Below, piece by piece: positions 6,985 through 16,068 of a stretch of DNA of 64,000 bases. The DNA lies in IMG/VR virus record IMGVR_UViG_3300020204_000044; one strand, written 5' to 3'. The DNA comes from an uncultured virus (IMG/VR IMGVR_UViG_3300020204_000044). Its lineage: Duplodnaviria; Heunggongvirae; Uroviricota; Caudoviricetes. A model generated the notes under the pieces. It was not told where the DNA came from and made no database searches. It was given only the letters and a program-made list of their open reading frames with translations. Made by a program: the position numbers and the translations under genes. Position 1 is the stretch's first letter, and each line of letters starts with the position of its first letter.

Positions 6985-7656
6985 ATGGATCGTAGTCTTT
7001 CAGCCGTAGAAAGCCTAAACACAGCAGTAGCGGGTGTTTTGGGTCGTATGGCAGTGGGTGTTTTCGCTACTTTGGTCGCAGCCGCCGTCATCAACGCCAT
7101 GGGTCTAGTGCCCGTGCTGTTTGGCGGCATCCTAGGATATGTGATCATCTTCGCTCCTCTCGGTATGAGCCTGTTCCTGGCCTGGAAGGGTGCAGAAATG
7201 TCGGAGAGCACCATCAAGGCATGGTATTTTGCCTTTGCTGCTGTGATGGGTGTCAGCCTTAGTCTGATCATCAGCATGTTTACCACAGCCTCGATAGTCA
7301 ATGCTCTAATTGGTACCACTGTGAGTTTTGGTGCCTTGGCAGCATGGGGATACTTCACCAAACGTGATATATCTGGATGGGGACCATTCTTGTTCGCAGG
7401 TGTCATCGGATTGATCGTGGCAGGTATCGCTAACATCTTTATCGCTAGCACCGCTCTGCAGATGACCTTGAATGTGTTGACCATCTTGATCTTCCTAGGA
7501 CTCACAGCCTATGACATGAATCGCATCCGTGATATGTTCTGGTCAGCCAGCGAAAGCGAAATCGCTAGGCTGCAGTGGTTTGGAGCACTGAGCCTCTACA
7601 TCAACTTTATCAATATTTTCGTGAGCCTACTGCAGTTATTTGGCAATAGAGAATAA
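6985..7656 (+). CDS. Bax inhibitor-1 / YccA-YbhL family membrane protein
   Basis: About 7 TM helices; GYFTKRDISGWGPFL, GLTAYDMNRIR, ALSLYINFINIF. Confidence 0.9.
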   Translation: MDRSLSAVESLNTAVAGVLGRMAVGVFATLVAAAVINAMGLVPVLFGGILGYVIIFAPLGMSLFLAWKGAEMSESTIKAWYFAFAAVMGVSLSLIISMFTTASIVNALIGTTVSFGALAAWGYFTKRDISGWGPFLFAGVIGLIVAGIANIFIASTALQMTLNVLTILIFLGLTAYDMNRIRDMFWSASESEIARLQWFGALSLYINFINIFVSLLQLFGNRE

Positions 7657-7674
7657 TCGACCTAGCAACAAAAC

Positions 7675-7698
7675 AAAACCCGCTTCGGCGGGTTTTTT
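7675..7698. terminator. Bidirectional intrinsic terminator with UUCG loop
   Basis: AAAACCCGC-TTCG-GCGGGTTTTTT between convergent genes. Confidence 0.9.
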
Positions 7699-7699
7699 A

Positions 7700-8413
7700 T
7701 TAATCTAAAATATTATTCTGCTGTTCTAGACTTAGTTCTTGATCTTCTAGATCTCTTATTATTTCGCTCAGTTGGTCGATGATACCTAGATTCCTTAATA
7801 TCTTAAACACGAGGTTTTCCACAGACCATTCTCCCGCTCGTTCTAATCCTGCTTTGCGCATCTTGGTGACTTTCTCTTTGGCCAATCGAAGTTTGTTGAT
7901 ATCTTTGCTGAGCATAGCGATCTCAATATCATGCATCACGGAATCTTTTTTGGCTTCAACTGAGGCATCATCGATTTTAGGTTTGACCTTTTTAGGTTCG
8001 ACCAGCCATCGATCTTTGGCTAGGCTATAAACACCTGTGCTATGATGAGGTTCGTCTTCGCCTTGCACATAACATTCTACAGGTAGTCCTTTGATAGTGA
8101 TATTATGCTGTTCTCCCCATAATGCTTTCTTTGCATTATAGAGTTCTCGTTGTTCGTCTGTGGGGGTTCCGGGAACTATGAGATGCAGATCTAGATCTGA
8201 ATACTGTGTCCAAGTGTAGTTAGCGTTAGATCCGGTTATGGTATAATCGGTGATTTCTAGATCTATGCCTACGAATTCTTCAAAGGCGCGAGCGATTTCT
8301 ATGAGTTTAGATTCGACCGCAGGATCTAACTGCTCATCCTGCCAGATCTTAGGATTTAACTGTTTGTTGACAGTGACGTAATCTGCTCGTTCGTGTAGTT
8401 CTCGTAGACGCAT
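7700..8413 (-). CDS. Pol-beta superfamily nucleotidyltransferase
   Basis: ITGSNANY...YSDLDLHL (GS plus DxD) and third acidic residue in PVECYV; TAAATA at 8423-8418 upstream. Confidence 0.75.
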   Translation of the reverse strand: MRLRELHERADYVTVNKQLNPKIWQDEQLDPAVESKLIEIARAFEEFVGIDLEITDYTITGSNANYTWTQYSDLDLHLIVPGTPTDEQRELYNAKKALWGEQHNITIKGLPVECYVQGEDEPHHSTGVYSLAKDRWLVEPKKVKPKIDDASVEAKKDSVMHDIEIAMLSKDINKLRLAKEKVTKMRKAGLERAGEWSVENLVFKILRNLGIIDQLSEIIRDLEDQELSLEQQNNILD

Positions 8414-8416
8414 CCA

Positions 8417-8668
8417 TTATTTAGCCCACATCAAATGATAGGTTAATAGAGTATTTTCGTCGTAGATCTCTGCCATCAATCTTACGCTAGATCCAGAGTG
8501 GTCTAGAACTAATTGACAGCAGGTCTTAGGTTGTTTTAGCAACCAGGAAATTTCATCCTGACCTACTTCTTTCTGCACCTTCGGCCAATCTATATCGTAA
8601 TAATTAGCAGATTCGTCTGTGGTATATTCCCACTCAGCGAGTTTAAAACGGTGCGTCTTCATCTGCAT
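8417..8668 (-). CDS. Hypothetical protein
   Basis: 83-aa ORF downstream of the helicase. Confidence 0.6.
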   Translation of the reverse strand: MQMKTHRFKLAEWEYTTDESANYYDIDWPKVQKEVGQDEISWLLKQPKTCCQLVLDHSGSSVRLMAEIYDENTLLTYHLMWAK

Positions 8669-10064
8669 TCATATTGTTCAAGATTTCACGCAACTTCGTA
8701 CTTTCAACGTGCCCTCGTATCTTGCCAACTGATGCACCTTCGCTAGGTTCTTCTCTCTGTACTTCTGTTTTGCGTTTGATACTTTCAATGATACTGGTAG
8801 CACCACGACTCGCACCATTGTGGCTTTCTTGTTCTTCCTCAGGTAGATCACTGATCTTCAGTGTTTCTAGATTGAATTCTAGATCTACTTTTTGTCCTAC
8901 ACCGCTAGAACTACGAGTTTTCATCAGCTGTATCTGATAGCGCCCACGCTCACGCATGGCACGTGATGTAAAGATACCGAACACATTGTCTGCGGTCTGG
9001 ATCTTGGATAATCCACCTGAGATGTGGCTGTGATCGAATTCTACTTCTTCTACGGCACCTCGATTCAACTGTGCAGCCGTGACCAATATGCATTGTCTCT
9101 CTACTGCGAGATTTCTTAATTCTTCCGATACATATTTGTCTTTGATGAATAGATCCGCGGGTGAAATCTTTTTACTGATAGGCATCAATAGATCTAGATA
9201 ATCTACCAATAGCACATCGACCTTCCTAGTGGTTTTGATTTCGTACTCTTTTAGGTAAGCACGTATGTCATTGGCAGTTTTACCAGAAGGCATATATTTG
9301 ACCTGATATGCGCCTGATTTTTTACCGATGATCCTAACTTTCATTTCGACATCGTCTAGTTCTTTAAAAATCTCTTTGGTATGGATTCCTGTAGTCATGG
9401 CATCCATGCGCATACAGACTAGATCTTCTGAAAGTTCTAGGGTTAGATAAACGACATTTAATCCCTGGAGAGCCCAGTTGACTCCTAGATTAGCCAGGAA
9501 CAAGGATTTACCTGCACCAGAACCCCCTGCGAAGATATTGAGCTCGCCTCTATTCATACCACCGAACAATCTTCGATCGAGGCTAGGCCATCCTGTTGAG
9601 ATCTGCCCATTCTTATCTTTGATTCGCATCAATCTAGCACGGGGATCTTCAAAATAGTTTGTTCCCATATCTTTGGCTAGTCCTATCTGTACTGCTTCCT
9701 TGATCATGACTTCGACAGCACCATAATCTTTTTTCTCTAATAGATCTGCTGAATTAATGATTGCACGTTCTAATGCTTTATGTCTAGTGAAGTTTTCAAA
9801 TTCATCCATCAACCAATCTAAATGGCCTTCCTTGGCTTCTTCTGGTTTCCTCAACCCTACTTTACAGGTAGCATTGACCATTTCATAGTCAGGCAACACA
9901 GAATACTGTTTGGCATATTCATTGATGAACTCTGCGGCATCTTGTAATTTGCGGTCAAATAAAGTGTGATCGAATATTCCTTGGCATCGCACAAATGTTT
10001 CAGCATCTGCCAGCATGAGTTCTAGATATAGTTTTTGTTCTTCGTATCCGTAATCTTTAATCAT
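8643..10064 (-). CDS. gp41: DnaB-like replicative helicase (T4 gp41-like)
   Basis: Walker A GGSGAGKS, TLEL, VDYLDL, TAAQLNR, MKTR. Confidence 0.92.
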   Translation of the reverse strand: MIKDYGYEEQKLYLELMLADAETFVRCQGIFDHTLFDRKLQDAAEFINEYAKQYSVLPDYEMVNATCKVGLRKPEEAKEGHLDWLMDEFENFTRHKALERAIINSADLLEKKDYGAVEVMIKEAVQIGLAKDMGTNYFEDPRARLMRIKDKNGQISTGWPSLDRRLFGGMNRGELNIFAGGSGAGKSLFLANLGVNWALQGLNVVYLTLELSEDLVCMRMDAMTTGIHTKEIFKELDDVEMKVRIIGKKSGAYQVKYMPSGKTANDIRAYLKEYEIKTTRKVDVLLVDYLDLLMPISKKISPADLFIKDKYVSEELRNLAVERQCILVTAAQLNRGAVEEVEFDHSHISGGLSKIQTADNVFGIFTSRAMRERGRYQIQLMKTRSSSGVGQKVDLEFNLETLKISDLPEEEQESHNGASRGATSIIESIKRKTEVQREEPSEGASVGKIRGHVESTKLREILNNMNADEDAPF

Positions 10065-10666
10065 AATATAACGTAATCAATTATAAGACATTTCCTTGGA
10101 ATGGATTTCACAGGATATACTCCATGGAATACATCTCCTTTTGCTATTATACACTTTCCTGGTTCTGGAAGTAAAGCCTTATAACAGGGAGGATTACCGT
10201 CTGTCATAAAAGCGTAAAAGGCCCCGTGTAGATCTTCTTTTTCATCTAAATTCTGTTCTTTAACAGCCTCTGTATAAATTATCTGTGTGATAGATTTTTT
10301 TCCGTGGCTATGGACGCTTTGCCAACCACCTTCTCGATAATCTACCATCCAACTTATCGCTGGCTCTATATCATAATAGATACAATTTTCATACAGACGT
10401 TTTCGAGTCCACTTCGCTATCTTTTCTACGATCGGAAAAAATATTGCTGGATCTATCATTTCACTTTCGCCATAAAACCGATGATTTATTCTTGTAGATA
10501 ATTCAGGATCTCTCCACATAGGAAATTGCCAGGCATTAAATGACGAAGTTTCACGGCTATAGTCTTTTTTAGAATCACCGATTGTAAAAGGTTTTATATC
10601 CTCATAATCGTTATAATATGAATCTAATAAAAATTGATTGCCGCAGACATAAAGATTATTGGTCAT
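10061..10666 (-). CDS. 2OG-Fe(II) oxygenase-like protein
   Basis: SWMVDY..GGWQSVHSH, FHGVYP, RKCL. Confidence 0.6.
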   Translation of the reverse strand: MTNNLYVCGNQFLLDSYYNDYEDIKPFTIGDSKKDYSRETSSFNAWQFPMWRDPELSTRINHRFYGESEMIDPAIFFPIVEKIAKWTRKRLYENCIYYDIEPAISWMVDYREGGWQSVHSHGKKSITQIIYTEAVKEQNLDEKEDLHGAFYAFMTDGNPPCYKALLPEPGKCIIAKGDVFHGVYPVKSIPRKCLIIDYVIL

Positions 10667-11631
10667 TTTATTTCTATGTGCTTAGCCAGTTCGCCTTTCC
10701 AATCGATCCTAATCTGTCGGCGATACAGTGCTGCACCAATGGCACTGCTGGCATCACCGGGGATCGGCAAACTCCATATACGATCATATTGTCCTGACAA
10801 TTTTTTGTTGAATTTGCTGTTCATGGCGCAGCCACCCATGTATACTAGATTTTTACTAGGCGCTAATTTTTTTGCCCAATCGAAAACATGTTGGGCCTGC
10901 ACCTCGAATTCTTCTTGCACAGCAGCAGCCAGATCAAAAATATTTTGTTGATCCATATCTAGAAATGGCCAATTCCAAACACCTCTATGTAAATTATATC
11001 TCATGGTGAGATCTGATCTCCAATATTTTTTGACCAAATCTCTATACCTCCCGGGATCGCCCCGATCGCTTAATTTTTGCAAAACGTGTTCTTCACCCAA
11101 CGGTTTCAAACCAACTAAATCTGTGAATGCCGAATAAAATATACCAAGGCTAGTCGGATAAGATCTGCTAAACACCTTTTCTAACTTCATATTGTCGGCC
11201 TGCCATATAGATATGCTTTCCCATTCCCCTATGGCATCTATCACCACCACAGAGGCTTGATCAAAAGGACTAGTATAATACCCGGCTGCGGCATGACTGA
11301 GATGATGATCCATGTATGAAATCTTTACTTTTGGCCATCCCAGTTTTTTTAGATATCTACTCGGTATATCGTTTAAATCAAATGCAGCATAAAACTGTCC
11401 TGCATACACCTGCCTACACTTTTTCCACAGGGGTCGTTCATACCAAACGATTTCATCCGGCGACCTACCATTGCTATGATTTAGCGCATCGAAATAGATC
11501 CTTGAACAGAGATATTGATCACCGATTGAGCCAGAATATTCAGCACTGCGTTTCCAAAATTTTAAACCGGTGTCATCAACGACAGCGATACTGGCGTCGT
11601 GATTGAGGGCATTGATACCCCATGTAATCAT
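10663..11631 (-). CDS. Carbamoyltransferase N-terminal (Kae1-like) domain only
   Basis: WGINALNHDAS, HHLSHAAA, VIDAIGE, GGCAMN, PGDASSAIGAA, then ends; start moved to ATG 11631 (ATGA overlap). Confidence 0.85.
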   Translation of the reverse strand: MITWGINALNHDASIAVVDDTGLKFWKRSAEYSGSIGDQYLCSRIYFDALNHSNGRSPDEIVWYERPLWKKCRQVYAGQFYAAFDLNDIPSRYLKKLGWPKVKISYMDHHLSHAAAGYYTSPFDQASVVVIDAIGEWESISIWQADNMKLEKVFSRSYPTSLGIFYSAFTDLVGLKPLGEEHVLQKLSDRGDPGRYRDLVKKYWRSDLTMRYNLHRGVWNWPFLDMDQQNIFDLAAAVQEEFEVQAQHVFDWAKKLAPSKNLVYMGGCAMNSKFNKKLSGQYDRIWSLPIPGDASSAIGAALYRRQIRIDWKGELAKHIEIK

Positions 11632-11765
11632 ATCATCATTCCTCTTTGACATTCTACCTTATATATCATAATATATTCTGGGATATGTATCATAGATAAT
11701 AGAGCCAAAAATGAGAAAGTGGCTGCCATAAATCCTAGGAAGAAAGAGAAAAGATATTTTTTCAT
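11628..11765 (-). CDS. Small membrane peptide (45 aa, not in ORF track)
   Basis: MKKYLFSFFLGFMAATFSFLALLSMIHIPEY...; ATGA overlaps at both ends. Confidence 0.55.
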   Translation of the reverse strand: MKKYLFSFFLGFMAATFSFLALLSMIHIPEYIMIYKVECQRGMMI

Positions 11766-11878
11766 TTGTATATAAATGGATCTCTTTTTTTAAGTTCTTC
11801 TAGTCTTTTTTTCCAAGCACGATTTTGCTGGTATCGCTTATACGGCCAAACAATAAAATCTATAATTTTTTTAAACAT
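11762..11878 (-). CDS. Small protein ending KRDPFIYK (38 aa, not in ORF track)
   Basis: MFKKIIDFIVWPYKRYQQNRAWKKRLEELKKRDPFIYK; overlaps the primase stop. Confidence 0.65.
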   Translation of the reverse strand: MFKKIIDFIVWPYKRYQQNRAWKKRLEELKKRDPFIYK

Positions 11879-12893
11879 CTGTCTTCTCCAATTCAGCAAA
11901 CTTATTCAAAAGTTTTCTTTTTTCTATTTCGATTTTCGCAGGATTGTCTGTGGCGGATTTTATTAGATCGACAATGACAAATAATTTGCCATATCTTTTC
12001 ACAGCGTCTGCGCAGTCTTTAATGTCATCTTCCCAGTTAGGAAAAGCCACGCTCCAACCTAATTTCTGTGCCTGTGCAATCAAGATCAATCCTGCAAGAT
12101 CTTGATCGGGAACGATTATAGTTTCTTTGCCTATATCATTAATTATTCTGCTCTGCTGATCTGATACCTCGTTAGTGAGCAAAGCCACACCTCCGATGCT
12201 CAAGGCATCGAATGGTCCCTCTGCTACAAATAGATATTTGTATTCTTCTTTCTGTGCATCTACGTTATAAACGAAAAATGGATGTTGATCTGAAAGATAT
12301 TTAGGTCGACCTTCTCCGATTTTTCTAGCGGTATTGCCTACGATTTTACCATGATAGAAAAAGGGAATGATCACTCGATTAGCGTAGCCTGGAGCGGGCG
12401 ACCAATAAAAATTTTCACTGATAGGATCAAATCCTCGTTGATAAACATAATCGATCACCGGTTCCAGATCATCGGCGATTTCTCCGAGATACCCACTATT
12501 GACCCAATCGTTGATAGGCATAGATCCTTCGGGTAACGTTTTCTCTTCGAACTCAATTTTCTGTTCTACATACTGGGTCGGTGAGTAACCTTCGCCTTCG
12601 GTTTTCAGCGCCTCAAATGTCAATTCTTTGATCGTGTCACTGGAGGCTCCTAGCCACTGACAGAGAGTTTTAAATTTAGGAGATAATGTAGAACCTGGTT
12701 TCCATCCTGTGGAAAATTTACAATTAAAACAGTTATAAACGATACCTTCGCTGAGCATGATACCCGCACGTTTTCTAGTGTCGGCACGATGTCCCCGGTG
12801 ATGGCAACAAGGAGCATTGAAACTCATCCATCCACTAGGACTATTCTTAATCTTGGGAAGGAGAGATCTAAATTTATCTACGACTAACGTCAT
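11871..12893 (-). CDS. gp61: DNA primase (T4 gp61-like)
   Basis: Zn finger (APCC...YNCFNC), RVIIPF, TARK, TOPRIM EGPFDA and PDQD, KDCAD. Confidence 0.88.
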   Translation of the reverse strand: MTLVVDKFRSLLPKIKNSPSGWMSFNAPCCHHRGHRADTRKRAGIMLSEGIVYNCFNCKFSTGWKPGSTLSPKFKTLCQWLGASSDTIKELTFEALKTEGEGYSPTQYVEQKIEFEEKTLPEGSMPINDWVNSGYLGEIADDLEPVIDYVYQRGFDPISENFYWSPAPGYANRVIIPFFYHGKIVGNTARKIGEGRPKYLSDQHPFFVYNVDAQKEEYKYLFVAEGPFDALSIGGVALLTNEVSDQQSRIINDIGKETIIVPDQDLAGLILIAQAQKLGWSVAFPNWEDDIKDCADAVKRYGKLFVIVDLIKSATDNPAKIEIEKRKLLNKFAELEKTDV

Positions 12894-12899
12894 AAGAAC

Positions 12900-12928
12900 A
12901 GTATACTATCTATAGAGTATGCTGTCAA
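12900..12928 (-). promoter_or_regulatory. sigma70-type promoter, leaderless primase mRNA
   Basis: TTGACA 12928-12923, N17, TATACT 12905-12900, ATG 6 nt later. Confidence 0.8.
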
Positions 12929-13727
12929 GACTCCCGTAGTTGGATATTAGATGATCGGGCGTGTGTTTAATCCTAAACCAATTGTATTTTCCAACGATGT
13001 TTTTATAAACTGGAGTCGTTTGGTTGGTGTAAGAATCTGTATCTAAATCTACCCATGCTGTGGGATTTCCCCCATCACTTTGGCTTCCTTGGATGACGAT
13101 ATCACCGTAATATCCAGTCATATTAAATTGAAAAGTATGTAGACTCTGTGGTGTGGATAATTGAGGATTAGCATCGATAATGCTGGAGATGTAAAATCTC
13201 GCTTGGCTAGAAAAATCTATCCTAAAATCTTTAAATTCATCTATCTCGATACTGTCTACGGGTTCTCCAAACAAATCGCCATATATTTCTAGATTTGAAA
13301 AAGTACCATATTGAGAATCGATATAAAACGGAGTCCTAGATGATACTATAGAATTGTCGCTGTTATTTCTAATTTGTCCTACTATGGAATATTGATAAAA
13401 TCCTGGTTCTACATCTGTTAGTTCGCTTTCAGTTAATGTCACGTGAATCTTTCCGCCGGATAAACTCTGGACCGCGCAGTCTTTGGTTAGTATTAGTTCT
13501 TTGGTTTCTCGATTGACTATGTTAAAGACGAAGTCATCATAGTCGCTTACATCGTAGATTTTTTCATCTGAATTTCTCACTTGGATGTCAACGCGGTTAT
13601 CGGCGCCGCGATACAGTTTTAAATTGCGATTATACACTTGTCGATACCTCTCTGTTTTCCATGAGGCCAGATAATTTGTGTAAGCATTGACCTTGTTTGG
13701 ATATAAATAAACTGAAATTAGTTGCAT
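12906..13727 (-). CDS. Putative virion protein, BppU-like beta-sandwich (start moved to 13727)
   Basis: LKLYRGADN..I...N.D, G.I.V.LT...L..V.PG.Y.YSI pattern; TAAATA upstream. Confidence 0.5.
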   Translation of the reverse strand: MQLISVYLYPNKVNAYTNYLASWKTERYRQVYNRNLKLYRGADNRVDIQVRNSDEKIYDVSDYDDFVFNIVNRETKELILTKDCAVQSLSGGKIHVTLTESELTDVEPGFYQYSIVGQIRNNSDNSIVSSRTPFYIDSQYGTFSNLEIYGDLFGEPVDSIEIDEFKDFRIDFSSQARFYISSIIDANPQLSTPQSLHTFQFNMTGYYGDIVIQGSQSDGGNPTAWVDLDTDSYTNQTTPVYKNIVGKYNWFRIKHTPDHLISNYGSLDSILYR

Positions 13728-13752
13728 ACTAGGACCCTTCGAATATTTATCT

Positions 13753-14124
13753 ATGAGAATCACTGAAAATTTACAAGAAAATTTTCCATTTATTACAGTA
13801 TTAAATCATGTTAACGCAGAATATGTGGGCATCGTTATTAATCAAGATGCTCAGGTTACCAGCATTTATGATTATGCCAGTATACGATCCGATCAAGAAA
13901 AACAGCGGTTTTTAGAACTAGGAGAAGTGTGGTGGTGGGAATCAAACAGACAAATACCGATCAATATTTTTCTAAATAGAGAGATAGTCGTATTCAAATA
14001 TGCCATACGCAACTTCAGTACCAAAGATGTCAAAATACTATTAGGCCCTTGCACCAGCCTCAATGACATTATCGTAAAGAGAATAAAACGTAAATCGATT
14101 ACGTTAATAAGAAAACCCGGTTAA
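13753..14124 (+). CDS. Conserved hypothetical phage protein
   Basis: FPFIT...EYVGIV.N, FLELGEVWWWESNRQIPINIFL; TATAAATA at 13702-13709. Confidence 0.75.
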   Translation: MRITENLQENFPFITVLNHVNAEYVGIVINQDAQVTSIYDYASIRSDQEKQRFLELGEVWWWESNRQIPINIFLNREIVVFKYAIRNFSTKDVKILLGPCTSLNDIIVKRIKRKSITLIRKPG

Positions 14125-14696
14125 CTGTATCCATAACTTATCTGCTCACAGATCAGATTCATCTGTACCACGATAGCCATGGCATACGCAGTGGCATGAG
14201 ATTTTTTAAAATAATAATCGTCATTTGTCGGTTTCGTCCATATCTCTTTCATTATGATAGTCCAGTCTTTCCCAATCAGATAGCGTTTGGCTGGGCGAAT
14301 CATAGCAAGGACGGCAGATAATTGTTCCACGGAAGTAGGGCAAGTCTTCTTCAGTATATCCCCGTGCCCGTTCAAATGAAATAATAGATCCACAAATTCT
14401 TGTTGTTGTAATAGATCCCATAGCGGCTCTCGGTTCATTAATTCGTTGAGATGATGTTCATCTCTGATTCCTTTGTATATTCCTACATTAAGAAAATCTA
14501 TTTTAAAAAAACCTTTTTCTTCTGCCTGTTCGTAAGGTATTTCACATAAGCCTGTTTTTAAATCGATAGGAACCTGATGGAGATAGATTCCTGTGTTGTG
14601 TTTGACAAGATTGCCATCATCTAGACGACTGGCCACTTTATATCTAAATAATTTTAACGCCCGGTCTCGATCAACGAAATCTATATCGATATCCAT
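14121..14696 (-). CDS. Minimal DNA polymerase III alpha (DnaE)-like catalytic core
   Basis: DIDIDF, KHNTG, FKIDFL, LAMIRP and FKKSHATAYA in DnaE order within 191 aa. Confidence 0.8.
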   Translation of the reverse strand: MDIDIDFVDRDRALKLFRYKVASRLDDGNLVKHNTGIYLHQVPIDLKTGLCEIPYEQAEEKGFFKIDFLNVGIYKGIRDEHHLNELMNREPLWDLLQQQEFVDLLFHLNGHGDILKKTCPTSVEQLSAVLAMIRPAKRYLIGKDWTIIMKEIWTKPTNDDYYFKKSHATAYAMAIVVQMNLICEQISYGYS

Positions 14697-14697
14697 A

Positions 14698-14922
14698 TTA
14701 GTGCATCCTAATAGTTTCGAATAATAGCAATGGAAGATTGTCTGCTAAAAATTGAGCATATTCTTCGGCATCTTCTTCATCTTCGAATCCCGAAAACTGT
14801 ACCATGATCACCGGTTCGTCAGCCATCACTCTCACTTCGATATCAATGTTGTCTCGAGAAATTAATTCTTCGTTTTCTTTTAATTCTACTTCTGTGCTTT
14901 CTTCTTTTGCGTGTTTACTCAT
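14698..14922 (-). CDS. Hypothetical acidic protein
   Basis: 74-aa ORF in operon. Confidence 0.65.
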   Translation of the reverse strand: MSKHAKEESTEVELKENEELISRDNIDIEVRVMADEPVIMVQFSGFEDEEDAEEYAQFLADNLPLLLFETIRMH

Positions 14923-15605
14923 TATAAAATTTTAGCCTCTATGATAACATCTTTGACCAACTCAATATCGGCAGGTAACGATTTGAATCTCCTTAACCAA
15001 TATTGAGGATCTATTATGGGACCAATGATTTCTAACTGCTCATCGTTCATCCGTTGTAACATATCTTTTCCTGCTTTTGTATTTAATATTAACCAAGGAC
15101 TGATCAACCCTTCTTTTATATCATGTGTAGCACGGTTTAAATTAGCATAGGCAAAGTAATGCTCCCACGGTGCAGAATTTGATTCGCTCCAATCCATCAT
15201 AGCGGTAATTGATCTTTGCACGGCGCCGTCGGCAGGCTCGTTTTTTATCAATTCGCTGATATATGAATAATACAGTTCATCTCTACACCAGTGATCTAAT
15301 TTAACTCCGCTTTTGATAACATACTCTATGAACATCTCCGGATATATGGGATTGGTATTGACTAGAAAACTTCCAAATTTTACAAAGGCTGAGTAATAAG
15401 GACTTTGTACAAAATCGTCAAAAGTTTTTTTAGATTTGCCTTTCTGTGCGAAATCGTAGAATTTTTGGAACGTCAATAGCCCTGTTTGCACATGTTTTTC
15501 ATTTCTGTTTAAGTATCGTCTTTTCTGTTCGCAGACATGTACCGCTAAAGTTTTTTCTTTAGCAAATTCTTTCTGACAATATTCGCACTTATAATTTAAT
15601 TGCAT
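14922..15605 (-). CDS. Zn-finger (C2HC/C2H2-like) conserved phage protein (start moved to 15605)
   Basis: YKCEYCQKEF.KEKTL.VHVCE. Confidence 0.7.
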   Translation of the reverse strand: MQLNYKCEYCQKEFAKEKTLAVHVCEQKRRYLNRNEKHVQTGLLTFQKFYDFAQKGKSKKTFDDFVQSPYYSAFVKFGSFLVNTNPIYPEMFIEYVIKSGVKLDHWCRDELYYSYISELIKNEPADGAVQRSITAMMDWSESNSAPWEHYFAYANLNRATHDIKEGLISPWLILNTKAGKDMLQRMNDEQLEIIGPIIDPQYWLRRFKSLPADIELVKDVIIEAKIL

Positions 15606-16068
15606 TGATCTGCTTTTTATCCCACCCGAGAGATAGTGCATATTCTTTGATTTCTTCATCTGTAGTGATCGATGCCAGCGTTTCTATGTCCGACATCTTC
15701 ATAGTTGGAAATTGTTCTGCGAGAAATTCTTCTTTTTTGTTTCGATGCACCTTCAATGGGATCCATTCGTGGAAATGTGTTTTTTTGCTGTCATGGCTGC
15801 ATAACGTTAATGTCTGCCATTGCAGTTGTGGATGCTTTGCTATTTCCGACCAATTTTTATTATAGAATTCATTGACGGTTAGTACGAAATGCTCTTGCAG
15901 TTCCCTATCTTTGGTTTTAACATTGCTGATATATCGCATCAAGGTCCAGAGATCTCCTTTGATTTCTTTGCGACCTTCTTCTGTGGCAGCCTCCCACAGT
16001 TCTTTGATCCCCATGTCTACCGCGGGGATCATATCTTTGAATAGGTCTACGTGTTTATTTTTTCCCAT
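15589..16068 (-). CDS. Possible clamp-loader small subunit (gp62-like)
   Basis: Size, position and W.LMRYIS...VNE..N...HPQLQW...W pattern; weak motif support. Confidence 0.4.
   Translation of the reverse strand: MGKNKHVDLFKDMIPAVDMGIKELWEAATEEGRKEIKGDLWTLMRYISNVKTKDRELQEHFVLTVNEFYNKNWSEIAKHPQLQWQTLTLCSHDSKKTHFHEWIPLKVHRNKKEEFLAEQFPTMKMSDIETLASITTDEEIKEYALSLGWDKKQINAIKL

Noticed and set aside
6981..7505. 174-aa minus-strand ORF
   Set aside because: Antisense to the BI-1 gene, with no motif of its own.
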